The notes below the pieces were generated by a model that saw only the letters and a list, made by a program, of their open reading frames with translations, searched no databases and was not told the DNA's origin. A stretch of 64,000 nt of DNA from positions 64,001 through 128,000 of the forward strand of contig CAWIKF010000001.1 of assembly GCA_963836755.1 (NCBI GenBank), written 5' to 3'. The first letter of the stretch is position 1, and each line of letters opens with the position of its first letter. Of the stretch, positions 56,050 through 64,000 are shown piece after piece. Source of the stretch: an uncultured Verrucomicrobiae bacterium. Its GTDB lineage: Bacteria > Verrucomicrobiota > Verrucomicrobiia > Chthoniobacterales > Chthoniobacteraceae. A program made the position numbers and the translations under genes.

Positions 56050-57165
56050 TCAGCCCTGCAGCGCGTGGCTCGGTGTCAGCCGAGAGCTGCGCCACGCGGG
56101 ATAGAGGCCGCTGAAGACTCCGACGACGACAGCGATGGCGACGGAGGTGGCGAGGAGGCGCGGGTTCAAGTCGGGTTCGAGCAGCCCGCGGATGGCGGGT
56201 GTATTGACGAGAACTTTTACGCCGACGATTCCGATCAGCGCTCCGCCGATGCCGCCGAGAAATCCGAGCAGCGCCGACTCCAACAAAATCATGCGGACGA
56301 TGCGGCTGCGTTTCCAGCCGATGGCGAGCAGGACGCAAATTTCCTGTGTGCGCTCGAACACGGTCATCAGCATCGTGTTCATCACACCGAGCACGCCGAC
56401 AAGCACGGCGAGCAGCGACGTGCCCCAGCTCATCGCGCGAATCATTTTGTAAGCCTGGCTGTCCCGGATGTGTTCGCCAGCAACGACGGCGCGCGCCTCG
56501 GGCACCACGCTGGTGATCTTTTCGCAAAGCGCGGTTACTTCGTCTTTCGTCGTGCCGGCTGTGACGCGCAGGTCGATGATGTTGATCTTGCCTTCGTTAC
56601 CCGTGAGCGACTGGAGCAGCGGCAGCGAGAGAATGACCGAGCCATTCTCGACCACTGCGCCGCCGTCCACGATGCCGACGACTGCGAGCTCCTCGGTTTC
56701 GAGCTGGAGCTTTTCCCCGACTTTCTTTTGCAAGATTTCCGCCGCGGTCTTGCCGAGCACGACAGCTTTCTCGGCCGCGTCCTTTGGCATTCGGCCGGAC
56801 ACGAGCTTGAGATTATTCCACGAAAAGCCTCTCCACTGCCGTGCGGAGACGATCATCATGTCGGCCTTTTCAACGCTCATCAAATCGACGAGGAGTGCAC
56901 ACGTTTCCGCGACGTGCGGCAACGGCGTGATGCGCTCGACGACGGACGCCGGGAACGGCTTCGGCGTGAGTGCGCTGCCCATGTTGCTCACCACCACGTC
57001 GGTGCCGCGCATTTTCATGCCCGTCTCCCAGCTCGTCTCGAAGCCGCGCGAAATCCCGACCAGCGCGACAACGGCGGCGATGCCGATGGAGATGCCGACG
57101 ATGGTCAGCCCGGTGCGAACCGGACGCCGCATGAGTCCGCGAGTGACGACGGTGAGAAAAGTCAT
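56050..57165 (-). CDS. ABC transporter permease (MacB/LolC/FtsX type)
   Basis: RRPVRTGLTIVGISIGIAAVV; GVMNTMLMTVFERTQEI.VL.AIGW; GLYPAWRSSRL.P..AL. Confidence 0.93.
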   Translation of the reverse strand: MTFLTVVTRGLMRRPVRTGLTIVGISIGIAAVVALVGISRGFETSWETGMKMRGTDVVVSNMGSALTPKPFPASVVERITPLPHVAETCALLVDLMSVEKADMMIVSARQWRGFSWNNLKLVSGRMPKDAAEKAVVLGKTAAEILQKKVGEKLQLETEELAVVGIVDGGAVVENGSVILSLPLLQSLTGNEGKINIIDLRVTAGTTKDEVTALCEKITSVVPEARAVVAGEHIRDSQAYKMIRAMSWGTSLLAVLVGVLGVMNTMLMTVFERTQEICVLLAIGWKRSRIVRMILLESALLGFLGGIGGALIGIVGVKVLVNTPAIRGLLEPDLNPRLLATSVAIAVVVGVFSGLYPAWRSSRLTPSHALQG

Positions 57166-57863
57166 GATTGGTTGAGCCCGTCGGCGGCGATGCGTCCGTC
57201 CTTCATCTCGATGACGCGGGCGGCCTGGCGAGCGATTCCCATGTCATGCGTCACGAGGATGAGCGTGAAATTTTGCTCGCGCCGCAAACGCACGATGAGG
57301 TCGAGAACGATCGCGGCATTTTCGCTGTCGAGATTGCCCGTCGGTTCGTCGGCAAGCAGCACCGATGCGCCATTCGCGAGGCTGCGCGCGATCGCGACAC
57401 GCTGGCGTTCGCCGCCGGAAAGCTTCGCGGGAAAATGGTGCTGCCGTCCTTCGAGACCGACGAGCTTGAGCAATTCCGACGCGCGCTGTTTTCGCTCGGA
57501 GGCGGAGCGCTGTGTTTCGAACATCGGGATCTGCACATTCTCGATCGCCGTGAAAGTTGGCAGCAGATGAAAAGCCTGAAAGATGAAGCCGATCTCGTGC
57601 GCGCGGTAGGAGGCTAGGTCGCCATGCGCCGCCAGCGAGGCACCGCGATAGCGCAGCTCGCCGGAGCTGGGATGATCGAGTGCGCCGAGCATTTGCAGCA
57701 GCGTGGATTTTCCCGAACCACTCTGCCCGACGATCGCCACGAACTCACCCTGACTGATACGAAAGTCTACGCCGCGGAGTGCCTGCACCTGCCCATCGTC
57801 GTATTCCTTTTTCAGTCCAATCGCTTCGAAAACGCAGGCCGCGCCGTCAGTGGGAGACGGCAT
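57162..57863 (-). CDS. ABC transporter ATP-binding protein (LolD/MacB type)
   Basis: GQSGSGKST; IGFIFQAFHLLP; LSGGERQRVAIAR; LADEPTGNLD. ATG at 57863 overlaps the desaturase TGA. Confidence 0.96.
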   Translation of the reverse strand: MPSPTDGAACVFEAIGLKKEYDDGQVQALRGVDFRISQGEFVAIVGQSGSGKSTLLQMLGALDHPSSGELRYRGASLAAHGDLASYRAHEIGFIFQAFHLLPTFTAIENVQIPMFETQRSASERKQRASELLKLVGLEGRQHHFPAKLSGGERQRVAIARSLANGASVLLADEPTGNLDSENAAIVLDLIVRLRREQNFTLILVTHDMGIARQAARVIEMKDGRIAADGLNQS

Positions 57864-58852
57864 CAGTTCAATGCCTGCTTCGCCATTTCCTGTCGCGTCG
57901 TTCTCGTCACTCCCAGCCACTGCGCGCCAACGCGCGGGTCTGGCAAATTGACGAAGAGGTCGTGCAGCGCCGCGCGAAAGGTGCGAAAGGGCGGGCGGTC
58001 TTCCGGCGCCGTCGGTGCGAGCGCCTCGACGTGCTGCGGCAGCTCGGGATGCGGCAGGCCGCTGCGCCAGTGATGCACGCCGTGATATGGCTCGTGGAGC
58101 AGCGTGAAGCAGATGAACTTTGCCTGCCAGCCTTCGGCGATAATGCTGCGCGTCGAGCTATTCACGGTGGCGCCGGTGAGGCCGACGTGTTCGACGTATT
58201 TGCGCAGGCTCTGCATATTCGCCGCAAGCCACGCGGGGATGAAATACATCCACCAAAAATATTTCCATGAGCCAAGCATCGCGTCCGTCGTGAGGATCGC
58301 CGTCCACACCACCGCGATGATCGCGAATTCAATCCAAATCCGCCGGCGCAATTTCTTGTTCCGGATGGGCGAGCCTTTCCGCAAAAAAGTTCGCATGAAA
58401 AGGAACGGCGTGAAAAAAATTCCCATCGCCAATTCGAGCAGCGCGGCGCCGACGCGTATCCACCGCGGCTTCTGCGGATGCACGAAAGGCCACAGCTCCT
58501 CATCGCGCTCAGACGCGAGGTAGGCGTGGTGCAATTGGTGCGCCGCGCGGTAGAGGCTGAAGCTCATCAGGCTGAAGACACCGAGGATGATGCCGCCAAT
58601 TTCATTGAGCTGCCGGTTCTTGCGCAGCAGCCCGTGCGAGGCCTCGTGAAAGCCGATCAACAGCCCGTGCATGAGGTGGCTCACCATGAGCGCGAGCGGC
58701 ACGGCGAGCCAGTAGTTGTTGCGATATAACGCGAACACGAGTGCGGCTTGCATGAAAAAGAAAAGCGCTTCGAGCACGGCAAAAGCCGCCCGGCTGATCC
58801 AGTGCGGTTCGTGCGCTTCGACTGTTTGCTCGGCGGTGATGGCGGTATGCAT
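57863..58852 (-). CDS. Membrane fatty-acid desaturase
   Basis: Three His boxes HEASH, HQLHH and HGVHH with TM segments; ATG at 58852. Confidence 0.92.
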   Translation of the reverse strand: MHTAITAEQTVEAHEPHWISRAAFAVLEALFFFMQAALVFALYRNNYWLAVPLALMVSHLMHGLLIGFHEASHGLLRKNRQLNEIGGIILGVFSLMSFSLYRAAHQLHHAYLASERDEELWPFVHPQKPRWIRVGAALLELAMGIFFTPFLFMRTFLRKGSPIRNKKLRRRIWIEFAIIAVVWTAILTTDAMLGSWKYFWWMYFIPAWLAANMQSLRKYVEHVGLTGATVNSSTRSIIAEGWQAKFICFTLLHEPYHGVHHWRSGLPHPELPQHVEALAPTAPEDRPPFRTFRAALHDLFVNLPDPRVGAQWLGVTRTTRQEMAKQALN

Positions 58853-58856
58853 CGCT

Positions 58857-60206
58857 TCAGGTGGTGAGAACGGCCGCTGGAACGTCTTCCGGCAGGCATG
58901 CTTCGACCAACACAGTCTCGAATAGCCGCGCGAGATTTTCCACGTCGGATTGTGGAAAAAGTTTCGGGCGGAAAAGCCATACGACTTCGAGTTCGTCCTC
59001 TTGCTCAGTGATTTCGCACGCGAGGTGAAAGCGCGCCGTGCCCGTCGAGCGCATCCGCAGTTTCGCCGAGAGGCCGGGCAGCTCGATGTCGGGCACCGGA
59101 TGATTCTGCAAAGCAAAGCGCACTTCAAAAATCGGGTTGTGGCCCGGCGCTGCCGAATCGCCGAGTGCGCGCATTAACTCGGCAAACGGCATCGCATTCG
59201 CGAAGCAATCGACGGTCGTCTGATGCACCGCGCGCACGCTTGCGGGAAACGGTCGCGCGTGATCCGCGCGTCCCCGCAGCGGCACTATCCCAGCGAAGTA
59301 TCCCATCGTTTCGTCGAGAGATTGCTTCGTGCGATTCGCTACCGGCGTGCCGACGACGATGTAGTCCGCACCGGTCCAGCGCGAGAACGCTAGCTGAAAT
59401 GCCGCCAGCAGCGTGCTGAAGAGTGTCGCGCTGCAACGGCGCGTGAGCTCGCGCGCGGCGCTCGCGAGGTCGGCAGGGAAATGGTTGACGATCCGCTGCG
59501 GCGACCCCGACGCAGTGTCCGATCCTTCAAGATGACTCCAAAGCCGCCTATGCCCCGCGAGGTGCGATTTCCAAAATGCCACGCGCGCCTCCATCTGCGA
59601 TGGCTGCCAAAACGCGCGTTCAGCGGCGCCCCACGCGGTGTAGCTTTGCGCCACGGTCGGCAGCGATTCGTTGATGCCGCGCACGCGCTGGAAGTAGGCG
59701 AGGCAAAGTTCCTGGATGAAAAGCCCGAGCGTCCATCCATCAGCGATCGCATGGTGAATCGCGAAAACGAGCACGTGGTCGTCCGGCGCGCGGCGCAACA
59801 GTTCGACGCGATAGAGCGGCCCTTGCAACAGATCGAACGGCTTGTTGAAAATCTCCCGCGCAATTTCCTCGACGGCCTCAGGCGAGCACTGCGACGGCGA
59901 CAATTCGCGGAAGCGAAAACTTACTGGACCATCCTCGCGGATCATTTGCAGAGGTCGATCTTTGCCCGGAAGAAAAGAGACACGCAGCGCTTCCTGTCGC
60001 TGGACGACTTGCAGCAGCGCGCCCTTGCCATCCTCGGGGGTCACCTTGCCGCGCACTTCGATGAGGCAGCAGATATGGTTCGCGACATCCGCCGCAGGCA
60101 CTGGCGACGCCTCCCACAATTCGCGCTGCGGAAAGGTCAGCGGCTGGAGGCGGATTTCGCCGCGCTCCAGTTTCTGTTTCAAGAGTGCGCGTTTGTCGGC
60201 GGACAT
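58857..60206 (-). CDS. Stand-alone NRPS-type condensation-domain protein
   Basis: PLTFPQRELW; RQEALR; PFDLLQGPLYR; catalytic HHAIADG; GTPVANR; GYF. No A or T domain. ATG at 60206. Confidence 0.92.
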   Translation of the reverse strand: MSADKRALLKQKLERGEIRLQPLTFPQRELWEASPVPAADVANHICCLIEVRGKVTPEDGKGALLQVVQRQEALRVSFLPGKDRPLQMIREDGPVSFRFRELSPSQCSPEAVEEIAREIFNKPFDLLQGPLYRVELLRRAPDDHVLVFAIHHAIADGWTLGLFIQELCLAYFQRVRGINESLPTVAQSYTAWGAAERAFWQPSQMEARVAFWKSHLAGHRRLWSHLEGSDTASGSPQRIVNHFPADLASAARELTRRCSATLFSTLLAAFQLAFSRWTGADYIVVGTPVANRTKQSLDETMGYFAGIVPLRGRADHARPFPASVRAVHQTTVDCFANAMPFAELMRALGDSAAPGHNPIFEVRFALQNHPVPDIELPGLSAKLRMRSTGTARFHLACEITEQEDELEVVWLFRPKLFPQSDVENLARLFETVLVEACLPEDVPAAVLTT

Positions 60207-60213
60207 GACTGGG

Positions 60214-63200
60214 CTAGCGCGCGGCGCCGTGCGGATCGACGTTCTCGTCCGTGGTCGTTTCCGCACCGAGCAGGCTCTCGATGTCCTCGTCGGAAAGCGA
60301 TTCGAGATCGACCTCCTCGGTCGCCACGACTTCGGCAGGCGCTGCGGCCGGTGCCGGCGCGGCCGCCGTGGTCTTGCCGCCCATGTGGCCGGCGATGAGC
60401 GTGGCGATCTGGCCAATGGTGCGGGCGCGCATAAGGCTCGTTGGGGGAAGGGCGACGCCGGTGGTTGCTTCGAGCGAATTCTCGATTTCGACGCCCATTA
60501 ACGAATCCAAACCGAGATCGGTCAGCGGTTGGTCGTCGCGAAGACTGTCCGGTTTCACGCGCAGGACGGAGCCGACGACTTCGCGCACGGCGGCAGCAAT
60601 GATCGGCTCGCGTTCATTTGCTGGAGCTGATTCGATCTTATTTCGCCAGTCGCTCGTCACGCCGCCGCCTTCCTGATTTTCGACGGATGAGAGGATGCGT
60701 TCGAGCAGCGGATTTTCGGTCATGCTGCGGAAGAACTGCCGCCACTTCGCCCAATCCACGCGGATCGCGGCGACCTGCGTATTGCCGGCGACGAGCGACG
60801 ATTCGAGGATCGACATCACTTCGCCTGGCGAGAGTTCAGTCGTGCCTTGCCGCGCGAGGAATTCGGCGACGCGTTCGTTGCGCGCAACGTAGCCTTCGCC
60901 GCCGAGCACGCCCCAGTTCATCGTGAGCGCGGGCAGGCCGAGTGCGCGACGGTGATGCGCGAGCGAGTCGAGGAAGGCATTGGCCGCGCCGTAATTTCCC
61001 TGCGCTGGATTTCCGAAGATGGTCGAGATGGACGAGAACATGACGAAGCAATCGAGCTTCATGTCGCGCGTGCCTTTGTGCAGCAGCCATGCGCCGTAGG
61101 CCTTCGGCGCCATGACGGTGCGCATCCGTTCGCGGTTGAGCGCGGCGAGCGGCGCGTCGTCGATGACCATCGCGAGATGGAAGACCCCGCGCAGCGGTTG
61201 ATCGCCCGCGCGAATTTCCGCAAGCAGTCGCGCGATGTCTTTGTCCGAGCCGGCGTCGGCTTTCACCACGCGCACGCCGATGCCGCGGTCGCGCAGGCTT
61301 TGCACGAAGGCTTCGCGTCTCGGGTGTCGCGGCGCCGCTGCGGCTGCTGAGCACGAGGTGCCGCGCGCCGCATTTCACCAGCCATTCGGCGAGCACTTTG
61401 CCGAAGCCGCCGAACGCGCCGGTGATGAGATAGCAGCCGTCCGGCTTGATCGCGAACGGCGGCGGGAGCGGTTCGCCGCGGCGCGGCACGAAGGCTTCGG
61501 GGAATGACGACGACGACTTTGCCGATGTGCTTGCCGCTCGCCATGAGCCGGAACGCGGCGTCGATGCGGCACGCCGGGAAGGCGCGGAACGGCAGCGGGG
61601 CGAGCGCGCCCTTTTCCACGAGCGCGGCGATTTCGCCGAGCATGTCGCGCGTGAGCGATTCGTCGCCGCTGAAGACGGCGTCCATCGCGACGACGTGGAA
61701 GGAGGCGTTGCGGCGCAGATTCCACAGCGGGATGCGCGAGTTTTGGTAGATGTCGCGCTTGCCGATTTCGATGAAGCGGCCGAACTCCGAGAGGCACGAG
61801 AGGCCCATCGGAATGGCTTCGGCGGCGAGTGCGTTGAGGACGACATCCACGCCGCGGCGGTCCGGTGAGTTCCATCACGGCTTCGGCGAAATCGCCGCGG
61901 CGCGAATCGATCACGTGCTTCACGCCGAGCGTTTCAAGCAGGGCGCGCTTGGTCGCGCTGCCGGCGCTGGCGATGACGGTCGCGCCGAGATGGTGCGCGA
62001 TCTGAATCGCCGCCATGCCGACGCCGCCCGCGCCCGCGTGGACGAGAATCGTTTCGCCCTTGCGGATGCGCGCGACGTTTTTCAGCGCGTGCCACGAAGT
62101 CATGAAGACGACTGGCAGCGTCGCCGCTTCCTCGAACGAAAGCTTGCCGGGGATGCGGCGCACATCGCCGCCGCGCGCGAGCGTCTGCGTGGCGAGGCCG
62201 AAGACGGCGAGGCCGAAGACGCGGTCGCCGGGCGCGACGTGCGTGACGTCGCTGCCGACCGCGCGGACGATGCCGCCGATTTCGTCGCCGAAGATGCGCG
62301 CGTCCGGAGCTTCGCCGGGGTAAAGCGCGAGCGCCTTGAGCACATCGCGGAAGTTCATGCCCGCGGCTTTGACATCAATGAGCACTTCATTCGGCGCGCA
62401 CGCTGGCAGTGCGAATGGCGCGAAGCGCAGCGTGTCGAGGTGGCCGCGCTCGCGCGATTCCAGGCGCAGCGGGATTTCTGGCGCGAGCGTTTGCTGCACG
62501 GTCGGGCGGCCGCGCGAGAGGCGCTGCACGTAGCGCGCGTCGCCGCGGAAGGCGACTTCGCGCTCGATGTCGGCGCGCTGCAATTCGCGCCAGAGCAAGG
62601 CGGCATCAGCCTCGGAAGGCGACGGCGGCAAGTCGATGCCGCGGCAGGCGAGATTCGAGTATTCGTTGAGGATGACGCGGAAAAGTCCGACGGCGGGCGC
62701 TTGCGCGACGGTCGTGGCGAACGGCTCGCGGCCCACGGCTTGCGCGCCGCGCGTGATAGCGTCGATGCGCACTTTGCCGCCGGGGTTTGTAGCTTCGAGC
62801 GCCTGCGCGAGGTGCAGCAGCGCGTCGGTGCCCATGAGCGCGTCGGCGGGTTCGGCGGGAGCGTCGAGATTCCACAAATAGACGATGCGCTCGACCGGCG
62901 GTTCGAGGAGCTGCTTCAAATCTTCCGGTGCCTCCGCGCGCAAGACGGTGCGGCAGCGGGCACCGGCGGCGCGAATCTGCGCGGCGAGTTTTGCGCCGAG
63001 TCCGGCGGCATCGGCGAAGATGAGCCAGGATTTTTCGGCGGGCGCATCGGTCGGTGTGGACGCGATGGGCAGTGTGGACCACGCCTTTCGCGCGAGGGCA
63101 CAGAACTGGCCCTCACCGCCGGTCGGACCGATGAGGCCGGGGAGCGATGCGGTCTCGCTGAAGCCCACGCCCAGCAGCGCGCGCTCCCACTGCGCGCGGT

Positions 63201-64000
63201 CGAGCAGCGGCTGCTCGGGGCGCAGATCGCGGTCGGTGAAACGCCACCAGCCGCTGGTGAGGCCGAAGACGGTTTCGGTCCAAAGCATCGGCGTCGAGGT
63301 GTCCATGAAGACGAGGCTGCCGCCGGGGGCGAGCAGGTCGCGCAGGTGGCCGAGCGTCGCGCGCACGTCGCTCACGGCGTGGAGCACATTGGTGCCGATG
63401 ACGAAGTCGAACGAGTCCGCGGCGAGGTCTTGCTCGGTGCCGGATTTTTCGAGGTCGAAAATCTTGCACTCGACTTCGGGAAACGCGGCGAGCTTTTGCA
63501 TCGCGCCGGGGAAGAAGCCCGCGGACACGTCGGTGAATGTGTAGCTGTGCAGTCCGCGCTGGAGCAGCGGGAGGACGTGCGCGGCGAGGCCGGCGGTGCC
63601 GCCGCCGACTTCGAGGATGCGCAGGCCGCGGCCCTCGGGCAGATGGCGCTCGGCCTCCTGCAACGTCGCGGCGATGGCCGCGAGCCACTGGCTGGTGTAG
63701 AGGCCGTCGCCGTAAAATTGGTCGAGCAAGTCTGCATTGGAGCCGGCGAAGAGCACTTGAACGGCTTCTTTTTCACCGCGCAAAATCGGGCCCAGTTCGG
63801 CGCAATTTCCGGCGCAGAGCAGCGCCTCGGGAAGGTGGCCGGACTGCGAGCCGACGAACGCGCGCATTGTCTTCGTCGCGTTTTTCGCGGCGGTGGAAAA
63901 TGTGGGCGTCGCGCGGTAGGCGTCGGCTTCTTTTGTCAAAAGTCCGCGCTTCACGAGTGTGGACATGAGGCGCTCGAAAACGGGCTGCATCGCGGCGGCG
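60214..64000 (-). CDS. 3' part of a highly reducing type I PKS (cMT-ER-KR-ACP), interrupted by three apparent +1 frameshifts
   Basis: cMT LRILEVGGGTAG; ER AAGMNFRD and LVHAGAGGVG; KR YLITGAFGGFG, VIDD and GNYGAAN; ACP LGLDSLMGVEI. The reading frame switches at about 61860, 61500 and 61316. The 5' part (presumably KS-AT-DH) lies beyond the window. Confidence 0.92.

Noticed and set aside
55987..57570. 527-aa plus-strand ORF
   Set aside because: Antisense to the clearly identifiable ABC permease and ATPase genes.
61310..61866. Programmed ribosomal frameshifting in the PKS
   Set aside because: No slippery heptamer or stimulatory structure is visible, and three successive programmed shifts are implausible.

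Overview
This is a high-GC bacterial chromosomal window. It is most consistent with Verrucomicrobia (Chthoniobacterales/Spartobacteria-like), an inference from the DUF1559/H-X9-DG pseudopilin-like gene and the general gene content. 1-18.7 kb is mostly core genes: a partial DNA-repair radical SAM gene, a kinase-like hypothetical, an OmpR-type two-component pair divergent from an EF-hand protein, recA, two Hsp20 genes, scpB-pheA, an MFS transporter, a PfkB kinase, thiE, accBC, rarA, a HEAT-repeat protein and trpC. 18.9-42.0 kb is a visibly more AT-rich Wzx/Wzy exopolysaccharide locus of about 19 genes, with one probably internally deleted gene and one frameshifted flippase. tRNA-Gly(GCC) and tRNA-Thr(TGT) lie at 42.3-42.9 kb. 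They are followed by an HTH-WYL regulator surrounded by four copies of a GGACA-N5-TGTCC palindrome, two of which sit at an identical distance upstream of small unannotated leftward units. Next come a HupE/UreJ-GH38-GH92-GH92 alpha-mannosidase module (44.9-55.2 kb) and the 3' part of a lipid/polyketide cluster (55.2-64 kb): reducing C-methylating PKS, stand-alone condensation domain, desaturase, LolD/LolC-like ABC transporter and LolA-like protein. The best candidates for undescribed biology are the WYL micro-regulon, the PKS-C-desaturase-Lol-like export system and a sharp local GC-skew inversion at about 11.8 kb. All protein calls come from motif recognition by eye; no database searches were run.
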